Notes: generated by a model from the sequence alone, not told the origin. A stretch of 64,000 bases of DNA from Dehalococcoidia bacterium (GCA_034422875.1 DAOUJI010000066.1:8714-72713); one strand, 5' to 3'; counted from the stretch's first letter, positions 18,797 to 28,310 are shown. Numbers and translations: made by a program.

Positions 18797-19624
18797 ATGA
18801 ACACTTTGAATGAAGCTGACCAACAACAGAACTCAGAGCTCGTAGAGGCCGTACCCGACGGAGACGAGGACCGCCCTGACGGAGGGATGCTGCTTGAGTT
18901 GTCGGGAATATCCGTGCAATACGGGGTCGTGACCGCCCTGGACGACGTGTCTCTGGGAGTCCGTAAGGGTGAAGTGGTGGCCGTGATGGGTCCCAACGGG
19001 GCTGGCAAGTCCACCGTCCTCAAAGCCGTCATGGGTTTGGCCCCCGTCGTCGCCGGAGAGGTCTACTGGCGCAACCGGCTGTTGGCCTCCGCCACCCACG
19101 AGATTGTGAAAGAGGGCATCTCCTTCGTTCCCCAGGGCAGGCGAGTCTTCACTCACCTCACCATCCAGGAAAACCTGGAGATGGGCTGCCTTCACCTGAA
19201 CGACAAGGCGGAAAAAGAGCGGCGCATGGACTCGGTTATGGAGCTATTCCCTGTGCTGCAAGAAAAGCGGCGCGACCTGGCCAGCGCCATGTCGGGGGGT
19301 CAACAGCAGATGCTGGCCCTGGGACGTGGGCTCATGGCGGCTCCGGAGGCCCTGTTGCTGGACGAACCAACGCTGGGCCTTGCTCCCATCATAGTCAGTG
19401 AGGTGTTTGAAAAGGTCGCTGAGATAAGTGAGCGTCTGGATACCACCATCATGGTGGTGGAGCACAACATCAAGGGCGTCCTGAACATCGTGGACCGCGC
19501 CTACGTGCTGGACAAGGGCCGGGTGGCCTTCCATGGAGACCCCCAGTCCATCCGAGACACCGACATCCTAACCGAGGTGTTTCTGGGCAGGACCGACCAG
19601 GACAGGGAAGAAGACGAAGCCTGA
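18797..19624 (+). CDS. livF: ABC transporter ATP-binding protein (LivF-like)
   Basis: Walker A GPNGAGKST and signature MSGGQQQMLAL. There is an acidic N-terminal extension, so the true start may be the internal MLLELSG. Confidence 0.85.
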   Translation: MNTLNEADQQQNSELVEAVPDGDEDRPDGGMLLELSGISVQYGVVTALDDVSLGVRKGEVVAVMGPNGAGKSTVLKAVMGLAPVVAGEVYWRNRLLASATHEIVKEGISFVPQGRRVFTHLTIQENLEMGCLHLNDKAEKERRMDSVMELFPVLQEKRRDLASAMSGGQQQMLALGRGLMAAPEALLLDEPTLGLAPIIVSEVFEKVAEISERLDTTIMVVEHNIKGVLNIVDRAYVLDKGRVAFHGDPQSIRDTDILTEVFLGRTDQDREEDEA

Positions 19625-19683
19625 TCTCGGTGGAGGCCTGCATGCCTGTGACTTACGGCAAGACCTCCCGGGGGTCGGCGTCC

Positions 19684-20241
19684 CTAAATCGGCAGCGCTT
19701 TTTCGGCGTGGCCTTCCGGCAGCTCCACTCCGAAAGCGTTCACGTTGAAGGCCAGCATGGCGTAGCAGCCCAATAGCGTAGTTAGCTCGGTGGCGCCGTT
19801 GGTCCCGAACTGGGCAAGCACTGTGTCGAAAGCTTCCTGGCTGACCCGGCGGGTGCGGAAGAACTCGCGGCCATAGTTCACGACAGCGGCCTCGTCCTCG
19901 GCCAGTCCTGGCAGGTCCTGTTTGTCACGCAGGGCATCGACTATCTCGTCGCGCAGACCTTCACGCCGCGCCGCCGGAGCGTGTGCGTTCCAGATGAACT
20001 GGCAATCGTTCTCACGGGCGGCTAAAAGCATCGCCAACTCCCTGATACGGGGTGAAAGCGAGGTGTCGGTGCGCAGGTACTGGGCCAGGCCCAGGGCGCG
20101 TTGGGCGACTTCGGGAGCGTTGAGCATTACCGATCCAGGTCCCGTGGTAGGAACGCCGCCTCGAGAGGCCACTATTGCGTCGAAAGCTTCCCGTTCATGT
20201 TCAGGCACGGATTCTCTGGTTACTGTGGGTGTTCTGGCCAT
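19684..20241 (-). CDS. carboxymuconolactone decarboxylase (AhpD-like) family protein
   Basis: The start is moved to ATG 20241 (MARTPTV), which has a GGGGAGG SD. The CMD-type helical core includes ...LAMLLAARENDCQFIWNAH.... Confidence 0.7.
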   Translation of the reverse strand: MARTPTVTRESVPEHEREAFDAIVASRGGVPTTGPGSVMLNAPEVAQRALGLAQYLRTDTSLSPRIRELAMLLAARENDCQFIWNAHAPAARREGLRDEIVDALRDKQDLPGLAEDEAAVVNYGREFFRTRRVSQEAFDTVLAQFGTNGATELTTLLGCYAMLAFNVNAFGVELPEGHAEKALPI

Positions 20242-20462
20242 TTCGACCTCCCCAGATAGACATTTGAGGGCATTGTACAGGATGTCGCCGGTGTAGGACA
20301 CTTTGGGCATCAGTTGCGGCAACATCAGGAAGCTTATCCCGCATAGTCAGTGGAGTAATGCGTCATCGGCGCCGGGGACGCCGTCGTGTCATTCACTGCG
20401 AACTAGCTTTAGACCCATGCTTCAAACGGTTGGACAGCGACTAAACGCTGTAGATTTTTCAG

Positions 20463-22139
20463 CTAGCTCTCTGGGTCGGAGAAATAACGCTGGATTAGTC
20501 TCAGCACATGGTCCCTGTCAATAAGACCGTCAAAGTAGTCGCTTATCGCCCTGAGGATTTCGTCTTTGTCGATTCTACCGTCTCTGTTGGCGTCGTAGTT
20601 CGTTTCAACTGCCAACGCTAATGTTTTGACCGACATCAGTGAGATTATGACGTAGGTGCGGTCCTCGTAGGTGCCACAGCGATGTTCTACAAGCTCCCAA
20701 CTTCCGTCGGCGACTGAGTACAAATTCGCACGGTCCTCGCTGCACGCTGGTTGGTCGTCCTGGGGGATGCCCAACCACAACTCCACATCCGGTGCGGTGA
20801 AGTCCATATAGGGAATGTCGCTCTCAGACGGATAGGCCTTAACGTTCACCGACCACACGACCTCGGAAGCGACGTCCGACGGCGGCGCTCCCTCAGGCAG
20901 GACATCTAATTCGGCTACTATGATCGTGGTGCCGCTGGGAAGGGAATCCTGGGGGATTACCAGGCGTTTGGCGAAATCTCTCGAGATGTAAACATGGGTC
21001 GATGCGCCGCCGGAAGACGTAGATCCAGAAAAGCCGGATGCCCCTATCGCCAGCTGCACTCGCACCTTCTGGGGAGAATTTTCGATTCCCGTGCCGGATA
21101 TCTCTACCGTACCGCGATGGTATCCCAAATCTAGATTAGACGAGTCCACACTTACGTCGATTTCCTGAATGTCGGTTGGCCCGCTGGAGAAGCCGGATAG
21201 CGGGTCGAGGGTCAGCCAATCGGCGTTGTCTGAAACATTGAAGCTCATTGGTCCTGTGCGGCTGTTCCACACTTGCAGTTTCTGTGACGGCGGTACGTCC
21301 TCGATCATGTCAACGAAGAAGGTGGCGGGTTCGAACGGAGGCACCGCGATCAGGCCCTCGGTCGCCGTCGTCGCGGATTCGAGGGTAAAGGTCAACGTCG
21401 CCATAGGCGAGTTGGAAAACTTGCCTGTGTTTCTAATGCTGCTGATAGCCTCCTGAGGGCTGGTGGGGGAATTGTTCAAGGTGAACTCAGTCCCCTCCTC
21501 CGTGCCTGCATCGTAGGGATAGAGGTTGACTACAAGCTCGTCTTTCCAGTTCCCGTCGCCGTCCAGCAGGGAGAGTCCTGAAATGCCCACGAACCAGTCC
21601 GGGCTGGGTCCAATCATGGAGAGAAGGGTCACCAGGGGATAGTCAGACGTGACTTCGATGTCGAACGTATTTGAGCCTTCCGGGCCGCTTCCGGGACTCT
21701 GCTGTATGATCGACAGTTTGTTGTTTCCGCTGGCGTTGATTTCACCCCGGAAAGTGCCCGTGGCGCCGAGCTCGGCGACGTTCTCAACCCCTGGGGTGGC
21801 CAGGCCGCCGCTGCTCCAATAGGTGACGCTGCTGTTGTGGACAGCGCCGATAAGCGTGGTGAAATGCCCGCCCGACACTACCCCACCGGGAGTGCTTTGA
21901 AGGTTCCACATTCCCTTGAACGTGACACTGTACTCAACTTCGGTCGCAGTCTGAGCCGAGACGGATTTGGAGATAGCTCCGGACGTAAGCAATAGGCACA
22001 ATAATCCGGTAAGGACCGCAAGTGTTAGAAAGAGACGCTGCCTGGCGAGAAAAGGCACGCATAAAATGGCTTGGGCGTCTCGCTGCCGCCGAGATAAGTA
22101 GGGCATAGGGTTCATAGCTGCCATCCCTGGATAACCCAT
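20463..22139 (-). CDS. secreted spondin_N-domain protein with C-terminal EF-hand/dockerin-like module
   Basis: A signal/anchor helix precedes a spondin_N-like domain (FKGMWN...GHFTTLIGAVHN...LLSMIGPSPDWFVGISGL...LYPYDAGTEEG). The C-terminus reads YDANRDGRIDKDEILRAISDYFDGLIDRDHVLRLIQRYFS. Confidence 0.7.
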   Translation of the reverse strand: MGYPGMAAMNPMPYLSRRQRDAQAILCVPFLARQRLFLTLAVLTGLLCLLLTSGAISKSVSAQTATEVEYSVTFKGMWNLQSTPGGVVSGGHFTTLIGAVHNSSVTYWSSGGLATPGVENVAELGATGTFRGEINASGNNKLSIIQQSPGSGPEGSNTFDIEVTSDYPLVTLLSMIGPSPDWFVGISGLSLLDGDGNWKDELVVNLYPYDAGTEEGTEFTLNNSPTSPQEAISSIRNTGKFSNSPMATLTFTLESATTATEGLIAVPPFEPATFFVDMIEDVPPSQKLQVWNSRTGPMSFNVSDNADWLTLDPLSGFSSGPTDIQEIDVSVDSSNLDLGYHRGTVEISGTGIENSPQKVRVQLAIGASGFSGSTSSGGASTHVYISRDFAKRLVIPQDSLPSGTTIIVAELDVLPEGAPPSDVASEVVWSVNVKAYPSESDIPYMDFTAPDVELWLGIPQDDQPACSEDRANLYSVADGSWELVEHRCGTYEDRTYVIISLMSVKTLALAVETNYDANRDGRIDKDEILRAISDYFDGLIDRDHVLRLIQRYFSDPES

Positions 22140-22188
22140 CGAGGCAACGCTTTACCGTGACCGTACTGGCTGGGTGTGAGTTACGTCC

Positions 22189-23034
22189 CTACGATTTCGC
22201 CTGAAGCAGGGCTATGCCGATGGCGCCGGGGCCGGTGTATACGCCCAGGGCAGGGCCGAAGGATGTGACGTAAGGTTCGACGCCCTCTGGGAGCATGTCC
22301 TTGAGGTCGCCGGCCACCTCATGCGCCCGGTCCGGGGTGGTGCTGTACATGATTGCCAAGCCCTCCAGCGGCCCAAAATCTCGCGCCGCCTGCTTCAGTT
22401 TTGCCAGGGCTTTGGCGAACGTCCGACCCTTGCCGAGTTCGTGCACCTCTCCGTCCTTCACGATAATCATGGGCTTCAGTTGGAGAGCGGTGCCTATCAT
22501 CGCGCGAGCTTTGCCGATGCGTCCGCCCTTCTGCAGGAACTCCAGTGTCTCAAACAGACAAATGCATTGGGCCCGGGCCGTTGCGTCATGGGCAATTGAC
22601 ACCACTTCATCATAGCCTGCGCCCCGGTTCGCTGCTTGCGCCGCCGCTTCAACCACGAGGCCGAGCGCCATGGAAGCCTGGGCGGTGTCAATGACCTCTA
22701 CCGGGCAGGAGGCCGAAGTCATTGTCGATGCCTGGACGGCGGAGTTGTAGGTGCCGCTGAGTTTGGAGGAAACGTGGAGAGAAACAATGCCGTCGGCGTC
22801 CGAACCAAGGGCATCGTACACTTCCTTGAAATCTCCGGGGGATGCTTGCGAGGTCTTGGGGAGTTCCGGGCTGCTCACCAGCATCGAATAGAAGTCGTCG
22901 GGCGTTATAGTGACATTGTCCTTGTAAGTCTCAGTGCCGAAGTGGACGTTCTGGGCCACAACGACAACGCCAAGGCCCTGGGCTACGTCGCTGGGTATGT
23001 CCGATGTGCTGTCGGTTACGATTTTGACGGTCAC
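22189..23034 (-). CDS. DegV family fatty-acid-binding protein
   Basis: VKIVTDSTSDIPSDVAQGLGVVVV N-terminus, and a length (281 aa) typical of DegV. Confidence 0.88.
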   Translation of the reverse strand: MTVKIVTDSTSDIPSDVAQGLGVVVVAQNVHFGTETYKDNVTITPDDFYSMLVSSPELPKTSQASPGDFKEVYDALGSDADGIVSLHVSSKLSGTYNSAVQASTMTSASCPVEVIDTAQASMALGLVVEAAAQAANRGAGYDEVVSIAHDATARAQCICLFETLEFLQKGGRIGKARAMIGTALQLKPMIIVKDGEVHELGKGRTFAKALAKLKQAARDFGPLEGLAIMYSTTPDRAHEVAGDLKDMLPEGVEPYVTSFGPALGVYTGPGAIGIALLQAKS

Positions 23035-23399
23035 GCATCACCTGCCCTGGCAAGGCCAGAGGATGCGGAAGACCCGACTGAGCGTCTCAATTTGTAAGGA
23101 CGTGCTGGTGGAGGTCCGTTAGGTCAGTATCTTGAGCATGTCCTGTTCAGTGGTTGGAGCAGACCTCGTATGGGATTCGAGTTCGTCTGCTGTGACGCTC
23201 TGCATCAGCGGATGGCCTACTGCTATTCTCCCCGGCTGCCGTATTTTGTGGGCATAGTCTACCATGAACTGAGCCGCTTTAGGCGCCGTCTATCCGAGAC
23301 TGGGTCAACGGCGCTCGCGGCTATGCGCTTCCAGGTTCCCTCGGAGGGCTTGGAGTGTCCTGAACGGGCCCGGTTCCGGAATACGCTTGGAACGGCCGG

Positions 23400-23804
23400 T
23401 TACTCCGGGGCTGTGTGGCCCATCACGAGATCGCGCAGTGTCACGATCCCCAGAGGGTTGCGGTCGTGGTCTACAACGATGGCGCGGGAGACTTCAAACC
23501 GCACCAGCAGTCGCACCGCATATCGCGACGCCATTTCGACAGGCAGGGTCAACACCGGCTTGGACATGATTTCATAGATGTTGACCCGTTCCGGGGAACG
23601 GTCCCGGGCTATCACCTGGCGTGCGATGTCGGAGACCAGCACCAGTCCCGCCTCGTCGGTGTCGTCCCGCCGGCTTACGGCCAGCGAGTTTACCCCGTGC
23701 TGTCGCATAAGCTCGATGGCCTCGGCTACAGTCGCCAGACCATCGATACTGTGGAGTTCAGAAGTCATGAGGTCTCCAACCTTGCTATGACCTGTCTCGC
23801 TCAT
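23400..23804 (-). CDS. CBS-pair domain protein
   Basis: 134 aa with two CBS motifs (...VGDLMTSELHSIDGLATVAEAIELMRQHGVNSLAV... and ...IYEIMSKPVLTL...). The start ATG overlaps the stop of the upstream PII-like gene (ATGA at 23801-23804). Confidence 0.85.
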   Translation of the reverse strand: MSETGHSKVGDLMTSELHSIDGLATVAEAIELMRQHGVNSLAVSRRDDTDEAGLVLVSDIARQVIARDRSPERVNIYEIMSKPVLTLPVEMASRYAVRLLVRFEVSRAIVVDHDRNPLGIVTLRDLVMGHTAPE

Positions 23805-24151
23805 ATCTCGTACTCCAGCTCCTCTCGAATGGTAGGCAGTTGGGTGGTGAGGCCAACGGCGTCCTCAATGTCCAGTTGGAACGCGATTCCAGAACCGTGC
23901 TCCGTCTCCATGTGAGCGGCGTCCCGGATGCGTTCCAGAATGTGCCGGGCTCGAGTTTCGACCACCAGAAACAGAACGATGTCTCGTTGGGCGGCCAGGC
24001 CGAGGCCCAGGAAGGTCTTTTCAGGGACCAGTCCCTCACCTCGAACGCTGCTGACTATCGTCGCGCCGGTGGCTCCGCCGGCGCGGGCGGCGTCTACCAC
24101 GATCTTGGTCTTCTCGTCGTTGACTAAGGCTACAATCAGCTTCATCCTCAT
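23801..24151 (-). CDS. P-II-like signal transduction protein (divergent)
   Basis: 116 aa. MKLIVALVNDEKTKIVVDAARAGGATGATIVSSVRGEGL resembles the beta-alpha-beta ferredoxin-like PII fold. It lacks a canonical GlnB T-loop sequence. Confidence 0.65.
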   Translation of the reverse strand: MRMKLIVALVNDEKTKIVVDAARAGGATGATIVSSVRGEGLVPEKTFLGLGLAAQRDIVLFLVVETRARHILERIRDAAHMETEHGSGIAFQLDIEDAVGLTTQLPTIREELEYEI

Positions 24152-24155
24152 GGCT

Positions 24156-24941
24156 TTAAGCCTCCTTGGAATCCCTGGCCGCTCGTCTGCGGTTCAACCA
24201 AGACGCAACCATGGCGTAGCCCAACACCGTCATTATAGGAAAGACGCTGGCGAAAGCAATCAGTCCGAACCCGTCGATCAGTGGGCTGCGTCCCGGAACG
24301 TTCGCGGCTAGGCCCAGTCCCAGAGCCGCCACGACAGGCACCGTCACGGTTGAGGTCGTCACCCCTCCGCTGTCATAGGCCAGAGGCACGATGGTTTTGC
24401 TGGACCGGAAGGTCTGGACTATGACGACTACGTAAGCCGCCATGATGTACCAGGGGAGGGGGGTGCCTGTGACGATGCGGAAGCAGCCAAGCGCCACTCC
24501 CGCCGCCACCCCCACTGCTACGGCCAATCTCAATCCCCAGGAGCGGACGGAGCCGCCCGAGACCTCCTCGGCCTTCAGGGCCACCGCTATGAGCGCAGGT
24601 TCGGCGACCGTGGTGGCGAAACCGATGGCTGCGGCGAAAACGTAGACGAGCCAGTAGTCGCGCCAGTCTATGCCGCCTATCAGGCTCTGATATCCAACAG
24701 TTTCGGGCCCGGTGAGTTGGCGCTCCATGGTCTCTCCGATGGGGAAGAGCGCCTCTTCCAGGCCTACAAGAAAGAAGGCGAGCCCCAGAAGGACGAACAC
24801 AACCCCCATTGCCATCCGGCGGGGGTTCGGCAGTTTGCGGCGCAGGATTATGAGCTGGAAAAAGACCAGGACTCCGACTATGGGAGCCACGTCTACGAGA
24901 GTGGACCGGACGGTTGTTCCGAATGTGTCGAGGAATTCCAA
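24156..24941 (-). CDS. DUF1538 family membrane protein (copy 2)
   Basis: Polytopic membrane ORF with ...[14 protein letters not shown]... and ...[25 protein letters not shown].... It is a paralogue of the adjacent gene. Confidence 0.7.
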   Translation of the reverse strand: MEFLDTFGTTVRSTLVDVAPIVGVLVFFQLIILRRKLPNPRRMAMGVVFVLLGLAFFLVGLEEALFPIGETMERQLTGPETVGYQSLIGGIDWRDYWLVYVFAAAIGFATTVAEPALIAVALKAEEVSGGSVRSWGLRLAVAVGVAAGVALGCFRIVTGTPLPWYIMAAYVVVIVQTFRSSKTIVPLAYDSGGVTTSTVTVPVVAALGLGLAANVPGRSPLIDGFGLIAFASVFPIMTVLGYAMVASWLNRRRAARDSKEA

Positions 24942-24943
24942 TT

Positions 24944-25687
24944 TCAGGTCACCATTCCGTAAATGAGTACACAGATCATAGGGGTCAAACTGGCGAAGGC
25001 GATGAGCCCGAATCCGTCAAGCATTGGATTGCGCCCCCGGATTGAAGCTGCCAGCCCGACGCCCAACGCGGTGACCAGAGGCACCGTGATGGTGCTGGTG
25101 GTGACTCCCCCTGAATCGTAGGCGACGCCGATGATCTCCTCTGGGGCGAATGCGGTCAGAGCCGTCACTAGCACATAGCCGCCGATTATCAAGTAGTGTA
25201 TGGGCCAACCCTTCAAGATGCGGACGACACCCAATACGATGGCGGCTCCTACAGACAACGCCACGACCAGGCGCAACTCGAAGGCGTAGGAAGATCGGGC
25301 GTTCTCGTTGTTAGGGATGGCCCCGGCTTCAGCCGCGACATCGGCGGCCTCGGAGGCTATGGCAATCAGCGCCGGTTCAGCGACCGTGGCGCCGAATCCC
25401 AGGCAAAAAGCGAAGGCCAGCAACGCCGTCAGGCTTCCCTTGTTGGCGAACCCCCGTGCTAACGCGTCGCCAATGGGAAAGAGGCCGCTTTCCAGGCCCT
25501 CGACGAAAAGAGCCAGCCCGACGACCACGAAGACCAAACCTACGATAACGTCTACGAGGTCGGGGAATGGCTGTTGCAGCACCGCTATCTGGAAGAACGC
25601 GATGACGATGATGATAGGCGCCAAGTCCCGCAGAGAACCGAGGGTCCTCTGCAGCATCGGGGCGAAGAGCCGGGGAAACTCCTTCAT
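24944..25687 (-). CDS. DUF1538 family membrane protein (copy 1)
   Basis: Polytopic membrane ORF with ...[15 protein letters not shown]... and ...[25 protein letters not shown].... Only 2 nt separate it from copy 2. Confidence 0.7.
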   Translation of the reverse strand: MKEFPRLFAPMLQRTLGSLRDLAPIIIVIAFFQIAVLQQPFPDLVDVIVGLVFVVVGLALFVEGLESGLFPIGDALARGFANKGSLTALLAFAFCLGFGATVAEPALIAIASEAADVAAEAGAIPNNENARSSYAFELRLVVALSVGAAIVLGVVRILKGWPIHYLIIGGYVLVTALTAFAPEEIIGVAYDSGGVTTSTITVPLVTALGVGLAASIRGRNPMLDGFGLIAFASLTPMICVLIYGMVT

Positions 25688-26502
25688 CCAAGTCCTTCCG
25701 GCTAGCTGAACAAGCGCCGTAAACTACGGCGGGCTAAAATATAGTTGGCCTCCTGAAGTGAGTCAAGCCGGGTAGCTGCCTATGGAACCGGTGACTACAC
25801 TGCATGACGACCGTCACAGAGCCGGGTCATAAGCTTTAAATTTTTCTACTAAATCGTCAGGCTGGGTTTTATTTGCCCCACATCGGTCAGAGTCAAGCGA
25901 AAGCGATGACCGAATACGTCCATCCCATATAGGTTTTGGGGCAATCAAGGTCATGACAGCCTGTACCGTCGGCTGTTTCGGCGCCTTGACCAGCTCCGTT
26001 GGACGCTGCTAAACTCCCGCAGAGTCGAGTGGGATGTGGTTGGTGTGGTGTGGATATTGCGCGGCCTCCGCGCCTAGTCATCTGGACGTGCGCCATGCAG
26101 ATATACTCTAACAGCCCCCGAATGGGGAATACAGACCTGAGAGAAGTGACTTATCGCAACAGACAGCGATACAGCCTTCCCTGCGAGCCTTAACTTACCC
26201 GTCCAATCTAATCGGGGTTCTCTGACCCCTCTCCCTTAGGTCCTCTGGCCTTAACCTTGCCGCCGAGTTCGTCGGCTTCTTCACCCACCCCAAAGCCAAC
26301 GCTTTATTGATGCTTTGGCATTTCGGGGGTGCGAGGGCGAAGCCGCGAACGCGAGGCAAAAACCAACATAAATGTCCAGGGGAATCGTATTGCCAAAAGC
26401 ATTGTTCGATTTTCCTTGGGGAGACCACGAAACACTCTGCTCAAATAGTCCCGCCGTTGCGGGCAGCGCTTTGCGTAAAGCAAGAAAATCAGGAGGTTGA
26501 CA

Positions 26503-26874
26503 ATGCGAGAAGTGCTTAGGTCGAAGATTCATCGAGCGTGGGTTACCGACGCGAACCCGGACTATGTTGGGAGCATCCTCATCGACGAGGACCTGATGGA
26601 CCGGGTGGACCTGTGGGACTTTGAAAAGGTCCTGGTCTGTGACATCAATAATGGCAACCGGTTTGAGACCTACGCCATCGCGGGCGAACGCGGCTCGGGC
26701 GTCGTCGCCGTTCAGGGCGCGGCAGCCCGCCTCAGCGCCACTGGCAACTGCATAATCATCATGTCCTTCGAAGTCACGGACGACAGGCCGGACCCGCAGA
26801 TGATTCTGGTGGACCAGGACAACCAATTCGTTGAATACCTCGAGGGAGCCAAACATGGTCAGCAAGTTTTCTGA
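26503..26874 (+). CDS. panD: aspartate 1-decarboxylase (pyruvoyl-dependent)
   Basis: ATG at 26503, 6 nt after AGGAGG. MREVLRSKIHRAWVTDANPDYVGSILIDEDL... retains the Gly-Ser self-cleavage site, followed by ...NNGNRFETYAIAGERGSGVVAVQGAAARL.... Confidence 0.9.
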   Translation: MREVLRSKIHRAWVTDANPDYVGSILIDEDLMDRVDLWDFEKVLVCDINNGNRFETYAIAGERGSGVVAVQGAAARLSATGNCIIIMSFEVTDDRPDPQMILVDQDNQFVEYLEGAKHGQQVF

Positions 26875-27676
26875 ACAAGAAACCGAGTCCTACTACGACT
26901 CGGAAGACGTCATATACCGGTCGGTCTGGGACGAAGACGGGAGCGTCCACTGGGGCCTCTTTGACGAAAGCGGCGACAAGGACTTCCTCAAGGCCTGCGA
27001 CAGGCTGAACCGGACGATGGTCGCCAAAGGCGGCATTAACCAGGACTCTTCGGTGCTGGACTTGGGCTGCGGCAACGGGACGACGGCCATATGGCTCGCC
27101 GGAGCCAGCGGTGCGCACGTGACTGGCATTGACCTCAGCGGCGTCCGAGTGGCCAACGCATTGGACAAAAAGGCCGCGCTAGACCCCGGTCTCGGGGACA
27201 GAGTGGCTTTCGAGAAGGCCTCGGCCACCGAACTTCCCTTCGCTGACGGCTCCTTCACCCACGTCTGGAGCCAAGCAGTGATCTACCACGTGCCGGATAA
27301 ACGCACGGTCCTGAGCGAGGCCTACCGCGTCCTGGCAGAGGGCGGCATCATGGTGTTCGATGACCTCCTCAGGCCAAAGCGGGACATTACGCCTGAAGCC
27401 CAGACCTACGTATACGACCGGCTGCTGTACGACACAGAGTTCAGTTTCGAGTCTTATCAGCAGGCTCTCAAGGACCAGGGTTTCGAACTGCTTGAAGCCT
27501 TGGACATTTCCCCCCACCTGAGGCAGAGCTACCTGTGCCTGTCCGAGCGCACTCCCAAGGACGAAACGTTGGACGAAGCCGAACATTACAAGTGGCTCAC
27601 CAAAGCATACATCGAGACCGCCGCCGCTGTGGACAAAAACGAGCTGGGCTGGGGTCTCTACATCTGCCGGAAGTAA
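26855..27676 (+). CDS. class I SAM-dependent N-methyltransferase, sarcosine/dimethylglycine N-methyltransferase-like
   Basis: ATG at 26855 with a GAGGGAG SD, overlapping the panD 3' end by 20 nt. ESYYDSEDVIYRSVWDEDGSVHWGLFDE..., the SAM motif VLDLGCGNG, ...VWSQAVIYHVPDK... and a C-terminal ...ELGWGLYICRK resemble SDMT/GSMT-family betaine-pathway enzymes (from memory). Confidence 0.7.
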   Translation: MVSKFSEQETESYYDSEDVIYRSVWDEDGSVHWGLFDESGDKDFLKACDRLNRTMVAKGGINQDSSVLDLGCGNGTTAIWLAGASGAHVTGIDLSGVRVANALDKKAALDPGLGDRVAFEKASATELPFADGSFTHVWSQAVIYHVPDKRTVLSEAYRVLAEGGIMVFDDLLRPKRDITPEAQTYVYDRLLYDTEFSFESYQQALKDQGFELLEALDISPHLRQSYLCLSERTPKDETLDEAEHYKWLTKAYIETAAAVDKNELGWGLYICRK

Positions 27677-27677
27677 C

Positions 27678-28310
27678 ATGCCGGACAGTCATAACAGAGT
27701 TCAATGGGTCTATTCCTCCAACTCCAACCAGGAGTTGGAGGAACGCTACGACCAATGGGCCGCCGAATACGACAAGGACCTGTCCGAGGAGTTCGAGTGG
27801 AACGCCCCACAGACGGCGGCTGACCTGTTCGCGAAACACGTCCCCGCCGGAGCGAAAATCCTGGACGCTGGAGCCGGCACCGGCCTTGTGGGTGAATGTC
27901 TAGCCCAGTCGGGCTACCGTGACCTCTACGCCATGGACCTGTCTCTGAGAATGCTGGAGGAGGCCCGGCAAAAGGACCTCTACAAAGATTTCCGCCAGAT
28001 GACCCTTGGTGAGGAGCTGGGCTACGAAACCGACTCATTCGACGCGGTCATAAGTGTTGGGGTGTTCACCACGGGCCACGCCCCGGCCCATGCCTTCGAC
28101 GAGTTGGCCCGCATCACCAAGCCCGGCGGGTTCATTGTGTTCAGCTTGCGGGTTGACCTGTTCGAAGAAGGCGGCTTCAAGGAATACCAGGAGGGCATGG
28201 AAGAAGCCGGCAAGTGGAAGCTGGCCGAGCTATCCGAGCCCTACTACGCGCTCCCCAAGGGCGAGCCCGACGTAATCCACCGCATCTGGGCCTACCAAGT
28301 CACCGCCTAG
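27678..28310 (+). CDS. class I SAM-dependent methyltransferase (second, unrelated subfamily)
   Basis: The ATG lies 1 nt after the preceding stop. SAM-binding motif ILDAGAGTGLVG, then ...DAVISVGVF... and ...KPGGFIVFSL.... Confidence 0.75.
   Translation: MPDSHNRVQWVYSSNSNQELEERYDQWAAEYDKDLSEEFEWNAPQTAADLFAKHVPAGAKILDAGAGTGLVGECLAQSGYRDLYAMDLSLRMLEEARQKDLYKDFRQMTLGEELGYETDSFDAVISVGVFTTGHAPAHAFDELARITKPGGFIVFSLRVDLFEEGGFKEYQEGMEEAGKWKLAELSEPYYALPKGEPDVIHRIWAYQVTA

Noticed and set aside
19684-20241. The CMD/AhpD-like gene might be a second selenoprotein, since members of this family are sometimes Sec-containing
   Set aside because: The frame is uninterrupted and no in-frame TGA lies at or near the Cys motif (NDCQFIWNAH).
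23119-23265. 48-codon minus-strand ORF (MVDYAHKIRQPGRIAVGHPLMQSVTADELESHTRSAPTTEQDMLKILT) in the degV-CBS gap
   Set aside because: It is too short, has no SD and matches no recognisable family. It may be a remnant, and there is not enough evidence to annotate it.
26281-26865. 194-aa ORF on the minus strand
   Set aside because: It lies antisense to panD, which has unmistakable motifs and an SD. No family resemblance was found.
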